Positions 1 to 14,462 of a stretch of DNA of 64,000 nucleotides are shown here, in pieces (position 1 is the stretch's first letter; every line of letters begins with the position of its first letter). Source of the DNA: Prorocentrum cordatum (Eukaryota). Under the pieces are notes generated by a model. That model made no database searches. It was given only the letters and a program-made list of their open reading frames with translations, and had not been told where the DNA came from. Location of the stretch: contig CAUYUJ010000009.1 of assembly GCA_963575745.1 (NCBI GenBank), positions 1 through 64,000 of the forward strand, given 5' to 3'. The translations under genes were made by a program, and so were the position numbers.

Positions 1-2879
1 TTTCGGCTCCGTGCGTCTTTGTTATTGCTCGAGGGTCCAGGAGGCTCCTCCGGGGTCCCCGCCGAGAAAAAAAATGCACACGTCCGAGCGATGCCAGGGC
101 TGATACCGGGTCCCCGGAAGTCTTGACCCACGCCTTGGAACTGGCTGCTCAAAGCGGCCGGCTGTCTGACGGCCCCCTGGCCCAGCGAGGCGCAGCGTGG
201 AAACGACCGCAGCGGCAGAGGGTCAAGAGCTGCGGGATGCACGGCGCCGAGGCTGGGCTGAAGGGGCAGCGACGCAGGGGTGGCCTTGCCAAAGCGCCGC
301 ACCATCCTTGGCGGCGCGCAGAGGGCGGTAGAGGGAGGGGGGAAGACTTTGTAGAAGGAAGCTGCCTCTTGGAAGGCGCGGGCCTTCCATCTGCAGACAA
401 GGCTCGCGCCTTCTAAGAAGCAGGGGTGCTTCCAAGAATCCTTCCCCCCTCCCCCTTACCCCCCTCTGCGTGCGGCCGACGCTAGATAATTCGACGGTCC
501 GCGGTGGTGCCGACCATCTCACGTCGGCTCTGCTTGACGGGTTTTCCAGAGCGAACGTTGGTTGGAACCGCGGGCGTCCTTGCCCATCATAGGGAAACGA
601 GCTCTGTACACCGACGCGTTTTCCGACCCTGCCCTGAAATTCGCACAAGAACGCGGACTCTGGTGTATACGGGATCCTGGGGTATACATGTTTCGTTGTT
701 TCCCTTGGAAAACGGGGGAGAAATATACACCGCACCACCCCGACGTCGTCCCCGACCCTCAAAAAAGTCTGGGGATTGATACAAAACCCGCCACTGGTAA
801 TGTATATGTGCCAGTTTCCGAAGTCAGCCCACGCGTCCTTCGGGATGCTTGGCCACACTGCTTGCCGCCTCTGCTGCCCGACCCCTGTGCCTCCCGCTGC
901 CCTCACACAGAGCGAGAGAGCGCCGCGGGTCGGAGGCGGACGAAGGAAGTCTGCGGGTCGAGGCCGACGGAGTCCTGCCCCGCTTCGCGGCCATCGCGGG
1001 GAGAGGACGAGGACGGGGAGAGAGGAAGGGGAGGGGGAGGGGGAGGGGGAGGAAGAAGGATGAAAAAACATGGTTGCAGGATCCATTCTCCAGAGGTCTC
1101 TGGAGGTCTCCCGGGGTCCGTGGAAGCCTCCGGGAGGCTCAGCGGCCGCGGCCCAGGAAAATCGGACCAGCCCTTCAGGGCGTCAGTGGTTTGGAGCGTT
1201 TCCTCTTCCAAGCCCCTTCTTCCCCTTCGGGGGGAGTTTTCATTGCTCCTTGTCAATTAACACCCCATCCCCCACCCGACTGTGGGCCAAGCTGGACCAC
1301 GCCAACCACCGCCCCCCCATCTCTGTCAAAAAACCATACAGAATGAACTCTGCCTCCAAATCTCGAGCATGCGCGGGCGCCCCGCGACAACTCTGAGTTT
1401 TTGACAGGGACGGCGGGGGTGCTGTCATGCTGTTTGTTGCGAGCGAGTTGCACGCAAGCTGACCTTCTCTGTCAAAAAAAAAACATACATCATGCACTTT
1501 GCCTCCGAATCCGGAGCATCCGCGGGCGCCTCGCGACCACTCTGCATTGGCTTTGACAGCGACGGGAGGGGCGCTGGCATATTGTCCTTGCGCGCAGGCC
1601 AAACATCGCTGACAAAAAAACAAAACAGAATGCACCTGGTGACGGCTGTGCATTGGCGCACCTCGCACGCAGAGCGCGCGCCGAGCCCGTGGCGCACCTG
1701 GCGCGGCTGGAGCACGTGGCGCACTTGGCGCTCGTGGAGCACGAGCCGCACCTGCCGCGCCTCGCACGCCTGGGGCTCCTGGCGCACATGACATGCGCGG
1801 CGCTCCTCAGCGATGTGCTGAGACTCGGATGCTACTTGTGTGCTGGGAGGGCGGGTGGGAGTGAGCGAGACGGCTTGCGGTCTTGGGGGGGGCCTCGACC
1901 CCTCCCCCTGTCCCCTCCCCTGGACCTGGCGGAGAGGCTCCGCGAAACGTTAGAGCGTCCAAGACGGCCTCGGCGAGGAAGGCCAAATTCACGGATGTTA
2001 CCCTAGTGTTGGCCACGTGTTTGCCTCCTTGGGGGGACCCTACTGAAGGAGCCCCCTCCTGTGATCGATCTCATCCAAGATGGCCCCAAGATGGCCCCCG
2101 AGGCTCCCAAGAGTGCCCAAAGATGGCCCCAAGAGGTGACCAGGAGGCCACAGGAGGCGCCCAAGAGGCCCCAAGGATGCTCCCAAGAGACTCCCAAGAG
2201 ACCCCAAGAGACCCCAAGAGGCCCCAAGAGGCCCTCCCGAGGCACCCAAGACGCCCCAAGAGGCCTCGGCGAGAAGGCCAAATTCAGTGAGGTTACTAAG
2301 CTGTTGGCCACATCTTGGCCTCCTTGGGGGGGGCCCTACTTAAGGAGCCCTCCATGCCCAAGCCTTGCCCGAAGCAGAGAACGACCCCGACAGGCTGCAA
2401 ACAAAATTGCAAAATCCTTCTGAGTTGCGTTCTGATGCCACGCGATCATGCACAGGCTAGACACGCTGCCCCCCACCCACCTCCCAGCCCCCCTCCTCCA
2501 TCCTCCCCCTCGGCCAATGCGTGGCCAACCACCCTCGTGCTGCACTGGCCATGCCTACTCCGAACTTCTTATTAATCAACCGGGGGGTGACAAACGTGAA
2601 AACGCGGCGCAGCCAACCCCCGCGGCACCACCGTCACGCCCCAGCGGGGAAGGAATCGAACCCCAGACCCCCCCCTGGCACCCCCGCGGACGCGCCGCGG
2701 CCAACCCTCCCGGGCACTCCAAGGGGGGGCGATTGTTGAGCGATCCAGAGCACGCGTTGCAGCGCAAGGCCCAGCGATGTCCGCGCGCGTGCGAGCGTCA
2801 GCCCCTTGCGCTGCTGGACACGTGTTAGCACTCAGCATGCAAGGGGGCTGTACGTATAAGCGCGGCTTCGTTCGCCCAG

Positions 2880-2994
2880 TTACCATCGGCATCACCGTCG
2901 TCCTCCTCCCCATCAGTATCGCCGGCATCACCAAACTCAGTACCATCACATCCAGCATCCTCGTCATCAGCATCAGCAGCAGCATCATCATCAA

Positions 2995-3032
<38 letters not shown>

Positions 3033-3126
3033 GCAGCAGCATCATCATCATCATCATCATCATCAGCATCATCAGCATCATCATCATCAGCATCATCATC
3101 AGCATCATCATCATCATCATCATCAG

Positions 3127-3172
<46 letters not shown>

Positions 3173-3256
3173 GTCCAGCATCATCGTCCTCATCCTCTCT
3201 CCACCTCCGCCGCCTCCTCCTCCTCCTCCTACATCCTCTTCTCATCAACATCATCC

Positions 3257-3339
<83 letters not shown>

Positions 3340-3347
3340 TTCATCAG

Positions 3348-3387
<40 letters not shown>

Positions 3388-3652
3388 GTCACCATCGTCC
3401 TCACCCTCATCTCCACCTCCTCGTCCTCCTCCTCGTCTTCCTCCTCTTAAACGTCCCCCTCCGCCTCCTCCTTTTCCTCCTCCTCCTCATCATCATCATC
3501 ATCATCATCAGCATCAGCATTATCATCATCATCAGCATCATCATCATCATCAGCATCATCATCATCAGAATCAGCATCATCAGCATCACCATCATCATCA
3601 TCAGCATCATCATCATAATCATGATCATCATCATCATCATCATCATCATCAG

Positions 3653-3691
<39 letters not shown>

Positions 3692-4924
3692 TCTCATCAT
3701 CATAACCCTCAGTTTCATCATCAGTTACATCAGTATCATCAGTAGCAGAATCATCATCAGCATCAGCATCATCAGTGTCATCATCATCTCATGATCAGCA
3801 TCATCAGCAGCAGCATCAACATCAGCATCGGCATCATCATCACAACTACCACCGTCATCATCACCATCACCATCATCATCAACATAAACAGAATCACCAC
3901 CATCATCATCATCGTCGTCATCATCAGCATGCTCGTCCTCCTCAACATCATCACCATGATCATCATCATCATCATCATCATCAGCATCATCATCATCAGC
4001 AGCCGTCTCAGCATCAGCAGCAAAAACAGCATCATCAGCAGCAGAATGATCATCGTCATTATGAGCAACGGCAACAAAATCATCAGCATCGTCATCATCA
4101 TCATCGTCAACATCATCAGCAGCAGCAGCATCATAAACATCATCAGCATCAGCATCAGCATCATCATCAGAAGCATCATCATCAGCATCATCATCAGAAG
4201 CATCATCATCAGCGTCATCAGCAACAGCATCATCAGCAGCATCATCATCGACATCAGCATCACCAGCATCATCATCATCATCATCATCATCATCCTCATC
4301 ATAATCATCGTCACCATTCGCACAAGCTGCATCATCATCACCATCTTCAGCATCATCAGCAGCAACATGATTGACAGCATATTGCCATGCATCATCACCA
4401 TCATCAGCATGATCATCAGCAGCAGCATCAGAATCATCATCCTCAGCAGCAGCATCATCATTAGCAGCAGCATCGGCATTGTCACCATCGTCATAATCAG
4501 CATCATCAGCAGCATGTTCATTATCAGCTGAATAATCAGCATCATCAGCATCGTCATCATCAGCATCAGCATCAACATCAGCATCAGCATCAGCATCATC
4601 AGCATCTTCGTTAGCATCACCATCAGCACCCGTAGCTTCACCATCATCACCAACATAATCAGCATCACCATCAGAAGCATCAACAGGAGCGCCATAATCA
4701 TCATCATCAACATCATCATCAGCTGCATCATCATTAGCATCGTCATCGTCATCGGCAGCAGTATCATCATCAGCTCTGCTTCATCAGCATCATCATAGTC
4801 ATCAGCATGGTCAGCAGCATCCTCATCATCATCGCCAGTATCAGCATCACCACCACCACCACCACCATCATCATCAGCAGCAACAGCATCATCAGTATCA
4901 TCATCATCGTCATCATCAGCATCC

Positions 4925-4957
<33 letters not shown>

Positions 4958-4960
4958 GTT
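2880..4960. repeat. Degenerate (CAT)n/(CAG)n microsatellite tract
   Basis: Direct inspection. Confidence 0.95.
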
Positions 4961-5076
4961 CCACTAACGTCTTTCTCATCCTCCTCATCCACCTCATCCT
5001 CCTCCTCGTTCCCGCCCCTCGCCCCGACCGTTCCTCGTTCCTCGTTCCTGGTTCGCTCGACCCTGTGCCACCCGTC

Positions 5077-5136
5077 CTTGACGAGCGCGAAAAGGTCCTC
5101 CAGGCCGTCGACGCCAAACTGCTTGATGGTCCAGGG
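5077..5136 (-). CDS. Micro-exon 5 of host gene; peptide PWTIKQFGVDGLEDLFALVK
   Basis: CAG acceptor at 5139-5137 and a strong GC3 codon pattern. The 3' end is uncertain: GA donor after AAG at 5077, or GT donor after 5062. Confidence 0.75.
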
Positions 5137-5341
5137 CTGGGCCGCGCGACACGCGGGCTCTCCCCCGGGGCAGAGACGCAGACCTCACCCTGCTCCTCTC
5201 TCCTCCTCCTCCTCGTCCTCCTCCTCCTCCTGTTTCTCCTACTCCTCCTCCTCCTCCTCCTTCTCCTCCTCGCTTCTCCTCCTCCATGCTCCTCCATGCT
5301 CCTCCTTGCTCCTCCTGCTCCTCCTCCTCCTCCTCCTCCTC

Positions 5342-6420
5342 GCTTTCGGGGGGTAGGGACACCCACGACCCGAGACTGCGCAGGGTAGGGCTCGCCGTGT
5401 CCAATAGTCCCGAACAGCCATGTCCGTCTGATATACGGTTTGTTTATGGCCCGCTGCCTGGTCGGCACCAGTCCGTCCCCAGGGGTGAGTAGGGGTGAGT
5501 TATTTTGTTTAATCACAGCCGTGGCCCAGTCCAGGGGACCGATGGCGTTTGTGACCGACAACGAGGAAGTTTGTCGGGGTTTTTGGACTAATCTTTTCAC
5601 GGCCTGGACGGGGCCGAATGCCGATTTGTGGAGACGCCTTGGGGAGGTCATTCAGTCGACGGACCGTCATCCTGGTGACCTTGCTGTTTTACAGGTCCCG
5701 TCCCACTTAGAGGCGCAGGAAGTAGTTGAGCGTAACCTGTCGGGGCCCCTCATTGCAGGGAATTGCTTTGTGGATCATTTAGCTGGTACGGCGGTCAGGA
5801 TTTTCGGGGTCTCGAGTGCTCAGCGCTCACGCTTGCTCCAGGTCGAGGCCGATGCCCATTTGATCAGGGAACGTCTTCGTAGAACCACGCTTGAGGCTAT
5901 CAGGGTTGAGGGGAAAAAACAACGGCGCCCTGCTGTTGCTGCTGCTGCTGTTGCTCCCCCCCGCCTCCTGTGGCCGTGGCCCTGTTCAGATCCCAGCATA
6001 TCGTTCGTGAGTGCGGGAAAAAGTGTTCGAGGTGCCGAAGCTCTGCCACAGAAGCTGGGAGAGCGAAGTGGGTAGCCACCGAATGTGTTGAGCTGCTGCA
6101 CGTTTCGAGCTCGCTTCCCAACATTGCCTCTGGGTCGTAATTTATATCTCGCTGGGGGTGTGGTCCACAATTCCCATATTATGTTATATACTAATGTTCT
6201 CGACCTGTGGTTTTGTAAAGCTTGTGGCTGTTATGGCAACCAACAATTGCGTGGTCTTGCGAACGTATGCCCTGCTAGGATGGTCCCTCCCGTCCCGATC
6301 ACTAAGTCTCGGAAGGAGTATTTGGACCGTGTCTCACGGAACCTCTGGCCCAAAGTACTCAGCAAGGCTGAGAAGATGGCTCGGGGGACTTAACGGGGTT
6401 CGAGCGGCGGGGGCCCCCTA
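5342..6420 (+). mobile_element. 5'-truncated LINE fragment (RNase H + Cys/His tail)
   Basis: DPRLRR...GPLPGRHQSVPRGEL...VTDN...VPSH...GNCFVDHLA, then HNSH...WFCKACGCYG...C. A 10-bp tandem duplication (AGGGGTGAGT x2, 5481-5500) shifts the frame. Ends at a (TG)n run. Confidence 0.82.
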
Positions 6421-6569
6421 AGTGGGTGTGTGTGTGTGTGTGTCAGCGGCGAGCGGCGCGCGCGTGCGCCCGCGACTGCCGCCGACGTGGTGGTCTAGCA
6501 GGACCGCCGCACCGCCCCCCCGCCGCTTGCCCTCTCTCTTTTTCTTCGACTCGCTTCGCGATCGGTCTC

Positions 6570-7042
6570 ATCTCATCTCATCCTCCTCCTCCTCGCTTCT
6601 CCTCCTCCCATCTCCTCCCTCCGCATCCTCCTCCTCCTCCTCATCATCATCATCATCATCCTCCTCGAACTCCTCCTCGTTTCAGCTCTCCTCCTCCTCG
6701 CTTCTCCTCCTCCTCGCTTCTCCTCCTCCTCCTCCTCCTTCTCCTCCTCCTCCTCCTTCTTCTCCTCCTCATCCTCGTCATTGCCCTCCTCCTCCTCGCC
6801 CCTCTCGCTCTGCCTTCTTCACCCTCCTCTCTCCCCCGCTCGCTTCTCATCCTCCTCTACTCCTCGTACTCCTCCTCCCCCTCTCCCTCCTCCTCCCTCA
6901 TCCTCCCTCCTCCTCTCTCATCCTCCTCTCCTCCACTCATCCTCCTCCTCCACCTCCTCCTCCTCCTCCTTCCTCCTCCCTCTCATCCTCCTCCTCATCA
7001 TCGTCATCATCATAATCATAATAATCATCTCATCATCATCAT

Positions 7043-7080
<38 letters not shown>

Positions 7081-7087
7081 GCATCAG

Positions 7088-7138
<51 letters not shown>

Positions 7139-7240
7139 GATTACCACCACCATCATCATCATCATCAGCATCATCATCAGCATCATCATCAGCATCATCA
7201 GCATCATCATGGTATTCATCATCATCATCATCATCACCAC

Positions 7241-7277
<37 letters not shown>

Positions 7278-7285
7278 GTCATCAC

Positions 7286-7320
<35 letters not shown>

Positions 7321-8472
7321 GTATCATCATCATCATCATCAGCAGCAGCATCATCATCATCAGCATCATCGTCATCATCATCATCATCATCATCATCATC
7401 AGCATCATCATCGTTATGATCATTATCAGCAGGATCACGCTCAGCATCAGCATCAGCATAATCATCAGCATCATCATCATCATCATGATCTTCAGCATCA
7501 CCACCATCATCATCATCATCATCATCATCATCAGCATCATCATCAGCATCATCAATGTCAGCCTCATCATCATCATCAACATCATCATCACCATCATCAT
7601 CATCATCATCAAATTCATCATCATTAGCATCATCATCAGCATCATCATGATCATCATCATCGTCATCACCATCATCATCGTCAGCTTCATCATCATCATC
7701 ATCGTCGTCGTCATCATCATCATCATCATCATCAGCATCATCAGAATCAGCATCATCATCATCGTAATCGTCATCATCGTCGTCATCATCATCAGCATCA
7801 GCGGCATCATCACCATCATCATCGCACCACCACCACCACCACAACCCCATCATCATCACCACCCACCACCACCACCATCCTCCTCCTCCTCCTCCTCCTC
7901 ATCATCATCATCATCGTCATCAGCATCATCATCATCAGCAGCATCATCATGAGCAGCATCATCATCATCATCATCATCATCAGCAGCAGCATCATCATCA
8001 TCATCAGCATCGTCAGCATCATCATCATCATCAGCATCATCATCAGCATCATCATCAGCATCATCATCATCATCGTTTGCATCATCATCATCATCATAAT
8101 CCGCATCGTCATCATCATCATCATCATCATCAGCATCATCATCAGCATCATCATCACCATCACCATAGTCATCATCGCCATCATCATCAGCAACACCATC
8201 ATCACCATCATCGCCATCATCAGCAGCATCATCATCAGCATCGTGACTTGCATCATCAGCATCATCAGCAGCAGCATCAGCATTATCATCATCGTCATCA
8301 GCATCATCACCATCATCATCCACATCAGCATCATTATCAGCATCATGATCATCAGCACCAGCCTCATCATCAGTATCATCATCATCATCAACATCATCAT
8401 AAGTTGCATCATCAGAATCATCAACATCATCAGCACCAGTATAATCATCATCATCATGATTATCATCATCAT

Positions 8473-8515
<43 letters not shown>

Positions 8516-8927
8516 GCCATCATCAGCATCATCATCGTCATCACCATCAGCAGCAGCATCAGTATCATCACCGTTATCAATATCATCAGCATCATCATGA
8601 TCACCCGCAGCATCATCAGCAGCAGCGTTAGCATCAGCATCATCATCAGCATCATCAGCATCAGAATCATCATCATCATCAGCATCATCAACAGTATCAT
8701 CGTCATCATCATCAACGCCATCATCATCATGATCATCATCAAGATCATCATCATAAGCATCATCATGATCATCATCATCAGCAGCAGCATCATCATCATG
8801 AGCCGTATCATTATGATTATCATCATCATCATCATCACAAGTTGCATCAGCATCACCTTCAGCATAGCATCCTCATGATCATCACCTTCAGCAGCAGCAT
8901 CAGCAGCATCATCATTAGCAGCAGCTA

Positions 8928-8963
<36 letters not shown>

Positions 8964-9041
8964 CATCATCATCATCATAGGTATCGTCAGCATCAACATC
9001 ATCAGCAGCAGCATCATCAGCCCCATCAATATCAACATCAG

Positions 9042-9083
<42 letters not shown>

Positions 9084-9170
9084 TACCATCATTAGCATCA
9101 TTATCATCATTATCATCATCGTCGTCATCAGCAGCATCAGTATCAGCATCAGCATCAGCATCAGCATCAG

Positions 9171-9205
<35 letters not shown>

Positions 9206-9362
9206 GCATCAGCATCAGCATCATCATCATCATCACCACCACCACCACCATCATCCTCCTCCTCCTCCTCATCATCATCATCATAATCATCATCATCCAT
9301 CATCATCAATTTCACCATCATCATCATCATCACCACCACCATCATCAGCAGCAGCATCACGC

Positions 9363-9423
<61 letters not shown>

Positions 9424-9448
9424 TCATCATCAATTTCACCATCATCAT

Positions 9449-9479
<31 letters not shown>

Positions 9480-9490
9480 AGCAGCATCAC
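6570..9490. repeat. (CCT)n then (CAT)n compound microsatellite
   Basis: Direct inspection. Confidence 0.95.
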
Positions 9491-10530
9491 GCCCCTCGAG
9501 CATGTTTGGTGATGCTGCTAGTGGTGCCATGCTACGGGTACTGGATTTGTTGCTGCTCGTCCTGAGCCTCCCGCCTGGCCTGACGTACAGTTGCTGCTGC
9601 TGCTGCTGCCACTCCGCCTGCCACTGCTGATGCTGCTGCTACCGAGCGCGACAACGGGCCTGGCCAGTCGCGCGGGGGAGGCCGCGCAGACCGCTATCGC
9701 GGCGACGGGGAGGGCGAAAAGCGCCGCCGTCGTCGTCGTCGTGGTCGTCATCGTCGTCGACGACCGCCCCGAGACTTTTTAGAGCGCCGCGTCGAAGCCC
9801 GGGCCCTCCACAAAAATTCCTTGGCCGCCCCGCCGCGGGCTGCCGCCCCTGCCGCCGGGCAAGCACGCCGGGCCTGCCTGCCCGCTGCGGGAGGCCCTCC
9901 CGCCAGCGAGTCGCGCGGCCCAACACGGGCCCAGGCACAGGACTCCCGGGGGAGCGAAGAAGGAGGCAAAGGCATCGCCCTGAGATCCTGGCGTCTGTCT
10001 TTCCGAGCCGGGCGTTTTCTCTCTTTTTTTCTTCGGGCCCCGGGACCAATTTTTTGCTGCGTCGGATCTCAGGGGGAAATGAGAGGAGGCAGACCTTCTC
10101 AGAAGGCGGCGGGGCCTCTCAAAGCCCTCCGGTCTTCTGAGGAGCCCTCTCCGCCTGCTCGAAGCGGGCGCCAGAAACAGCGAAGATCTACTCCGTTGGG
10201 GGGGGAGGGGGGGGGCGAGGGCCCGCGCCGATAAACAAAACAAGGAATAAGAAAACGATCACAACTTACAAGTTTTGCTTCGGTCAGGCCAGCGGAGCCC
10301 TCGTGACGGCTCCTGACGGCTCGCTCCAAAGGGCCACCGGGAGGGACACGAGCAAGACCGTTGCGGGCAGCGCTCTCGACACCCGGCGTGAGCTCTCGGC
10401 GTCCAGAAGGCCGCCCGGGGGACGTCCAAAAGTCCACTCGGGGCTGCTCGACGCCGCCCAGACCCCCCTTGCTGCACCGAGGTCGCAGGTGTACCCCCCC
10501 GCCCGGCGTACTGTTGTATATGTAATTTTG

Positions 10531-10571
<41 letters not shown>

Positions 10572-10982
10572 GAGGTGAGGGGGTGAGATCGAAGTGGAAC
10601 GGAGAGCCCCCCTACAGGGAAATCGATTTCGGTTTCGTGTTCGCGCGTGCTGTGCGTGCGGGCGAGGCGAAGCTGCGTGGGCGGGCGAGAGAAAGTCTCC
10701 TGTGGCTGAGGCGCGGCTGGACCAAATGACTCCCTTCCGGGCGGCCGGTGGCCCGCGGTGTCCCGCCGGTGTCCCGATGGTGTCCAGTGTGGCTGGGCGA
10801 GGCGCTGGCGGGACCGAATGACTCCTTCTGGCGGCCGGGTGGCCGCGGATGTCCCGCCGGTGTGTCTCGCTGGTGTCCAGTGTGCTGAGGCGCGGCCGGA
10901 CCAAAGAATCCTTCGGCCGGCCGGGGGCCCGCGGTGTCCCGCCGGTGTCCCGCTGGTGTCCGTCCGTGTCCCGTCGGTGTCC

Positions 10983-11100
10983 CGATGATGATGTTGATGA
11001 TGATTATGATGATGATTATGATGATGATGATGGTGATGATGATGATGGTGATAATGATGATGATGTTGATGATGGCGATGATGATGATGATGATGATGGC

Positions 11101-11149
<49 letters not shown>

Positions 11150-11950
11150 TTGCTGTTGCTGATGATGATGATGATGATGACAACGTCGATTGCGAGATCG
11201 ATTGTGATATCGGTAGTGAGACCGACTGTGAGATCGATTGTGCGATGCTGATGGTGATGATGGCCTTCATGGTGTTGATGTTTGTGATTATGATGACGAC
11301 ATTGATGATGATGATGATGATGGTGATGCTGAGAGATGATAATGGAGATGATGATGGTGATGATGATGGTGAGAGGTGATGACGCTGATGATCTCACTAT
11401 CGATTGTGATATCGATAGTGATATCGATAGTTAGACCGATTGTGAGATCGATAATGAGATCGATAATGCGTTCGATAATGCGTTCGATAGTGAGATCGAT
11501 AGTGAGACCGAATGTGAGATCGATTGTGAGATTGATTGTGATATCGATAATGAGATCGATAGTGAGACCGAACGAGAGATCGATAATGACTTCGATAGTG
11601 AGTTCGATAGTGAGATCGTTTGTGAGATCGATTGTGATATCGATAGTAAGATCGATATTGAGACCGAATGTGAGATCGATCGTGAGATCGATAGTGAGAT
11701 CGATTGTGAGATCGATCGAATGTGATCGATAGTGATATCGATAGTGATATCGATAGTGATATCGATAGTGAGACCGAATGTGGGATCGATTGTGAGATCG
11801 CTTGTGGTGTCGATAGTGAGATCGATAGTGAGACCGAATGTGAGATCGATTGTGAGATCGATTGTGAGATCGGTTGAGAGATCGATAGCCATATCGACTG
11901 TGAGATCGATAATGAGATCGATAATGAGATCGATAGTGATATCGATCGAG
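10983..11950. repeat. (GAT)n grading into a 12-bp GTGAGATCGATW array
   Basis: Direct inspection. Confidence 0.9.
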
Positions 11951-12302
11951 TGCGACGGTGGTCCCTCCCCCCCCCTCACCTCCTTATCACCCGAAGGGTG
12001 GTCTATGCGGTGTATATATATATATATATGGATGCGTGTGAGTGTGCATCTACATCTGTATATACACGACTCTGCTCTGGTCTACCAAATTGACCGTGCA
12101 AGGGCACAGGTCACCCGTGATACTCTTGGCCTTACTCTGGTTCTCATCCTCATTCTCGCTCGCTTGTCGAGGCTACACACAGCACCCTTGCCAGGGGAAA
12201 AAGGAGGAAAGGAGAGACCGTGCACACATGATCGACTCGTCTTCCGACGGGGCAGGCCACGAGACGAAAGCAGTGCGAGTTGTGGGAGGGCATAAGAAAG
12301 AG

Positions 12303-13040
12303 ACATACATACATACATACATACATACATACATACATGCATGCATGCATGCATGCATGCATGCATGCATGCATACATACACACCTACCTACATGCATGC
12401 AGGCATGCATGCATACATGCACACAAACATACATACATACATACATACATACATACATACATACATACATGCATGCATACATGCATGCATGCATGCATAC
12501 ATACATACATCAATACATACATACATACATAAATGCATGTATGATTGTATGCATGCATGCATGCATGCATATATACATACATACATACACAAATGCATGC
12601 ATATACATACATACAACCATACATACATACATACATACATACATACATACATACATGCATACATACATACATACATACATACATACACACACATACATAC
12701 ATGCATACATACATACATACATACATACATACATACATACATACACACATACATACATACATGAATACATACATGCATGCATGCATGCATGCATATATAC
12801 ATACATGCATGCATGCATGCATGCATGCAGGCAGGCAGGCAGGCAGGCATGCATGCATACATACATACACACATGCATACATACATACATACATACATAT
12901 ATACATATTTACATGCATACATACATACATACATACATACATGCATACATACATACATACATACATACACACACATACATACATACATACATACATACAT
13001 ACATACATACATACATACATACATACATACATACCTAACA
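12303..13040. repeat. (CATA)n/(CATG)n tetranucleotide tract
   Basis: Direct inspection. Confidence 0.95.
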
Positions 13041-13509
13041 TACACACACCCGTCAATCCATCAATCCACCCACCCACCCACCCACCCATCTATCCATCAA
13101 TCCATGCAGGTAGGCAGACAGGCAGGCAGGCATGCATACGCGCAGTCCTTAGTTTACCTTACCCCACCTTAAATTACATTACAGCACACTACGCTGCATT
13201 GCAGTAAAGTGCAGCACATGCCATTTCATAGCACACACAGACACATGCATTACATTACCTCACAGTGCCTTACATTTAAAAAATACATTGTATTACATTA
13301 CCTTACAGTACAGTGCAGACATGCGTAGATACGAGAGAGCGTGATCCACCGCCACTTTACTGTGGAAAATTGCCAACCTTTTCCTCTGGAACCCGGGGGT
13401 CGCCCCCCCCCCCCCCTCCGAAAATCCCCCCCCCCCCTGCTGGAACCCCCCCCCCCCCCTCCCCCGGCAAAACCCCCCCTCCCCCTAACCCCTCCCCCCC
13501 CCCCTCCCC

Positions 13510-14462
13510 CTCGAAACGGGGGTCACTACCGGTTCGAACCCCTCCCCCCCCCCCTCGAAAACCGAAGGGGGTCACTACCGGTTCGAACCCCCCCCCCCCC
13601 CCCTCTCGAAAACCGGAGGGGGGGTCACTACCGGTTCGAACCCCTCCCCACCCCCCCACTCACCGCCAGCAAACGACTCCCGGTCCCTACCACCGTCCGC
13701 GCCACATCCCCCACTGTTGTTCCCAGCACCACTGTCCTCACCACCACTGTCCCCACTGGTTCCACCACCGTCCCTTCAGTCCCCACCAGTGCTCCCACCA
13801 CTGTCGCACTGTCCCCACTGTCCCCACCACTGTTCCCACCACGGTTCCACTCTCCCCACTTTCTCCACGGCCCCAACCACTGCCCGACTATCCCCACTGT
13901 CCCCACTGTCCCACTGACTCCTCCGCTGTCCCACTGAGCTGTCCCACTGTTCCCACCACTGTCCCCACTGTCCCCACCACTGTCCCCACTGTACCTCTGT
14001 CCCATTGTCCCACCGCCGTCCTCGCCACCGCCTTCACCACTGTCCCCACCACCATTGTACCCTCCACTGTCCCACTGTTTCCACCTCATTCCCACTGTGC
14101 CCACACCGCTGTCCCCACCACCACCGTCCTCACCACTGTCCACTGTCCCCCCTGTTCCCACCATTGTCCCCACCACTGTCCCCACCACTACGGGCCCTCT
14201 ACTGTCTCACTGTCCCACTGTCCCCACCACTGTCTGTCCCGCTGTCCCCTCACCACTGTCCCACCAACACCGTCCCCACCTCTGTCCGCACCCCCACTCG
14301 GTTTTCGAGGGGGGGGGGGGTTCGAACCGGTAGTGACCCCCCCCCTTTTCATGATGAGCTAGGGGGGGGGGGAGGGGTTCGAACCGGTAGTGACCCCCCC
14401 CGGTTTTCCGGAGGGGGGGGGGGGAGGGGTTCGAACCGGTAGTGACCCCCCCCGGTTTTCCG
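13510..14462. mobile_element. Foldback-like element: three GGGGTCACTACCGGTTCGAACCCC motifs per arm around a CCACTGTCC-rich core
   Basis: Left motifs at 13517-13645, inverted motifs at 14317-14452. Confidence 0.7.

Noticed and set aside
1625..1795. Cys-rich repeat peptide (AKCATC...)
   Set aside because: Short degenerate repeat, open in several frames, with no clear splice context.
2572..9630. Long poly-His/Ile/Ser/Met/Asp ORFs (also 50-52 kb, 61 kb, poly-Tyr at 54.4-55.0 kb)
   Set aside because: Translations of trinucleotide microsatellites that lack stops by construction.
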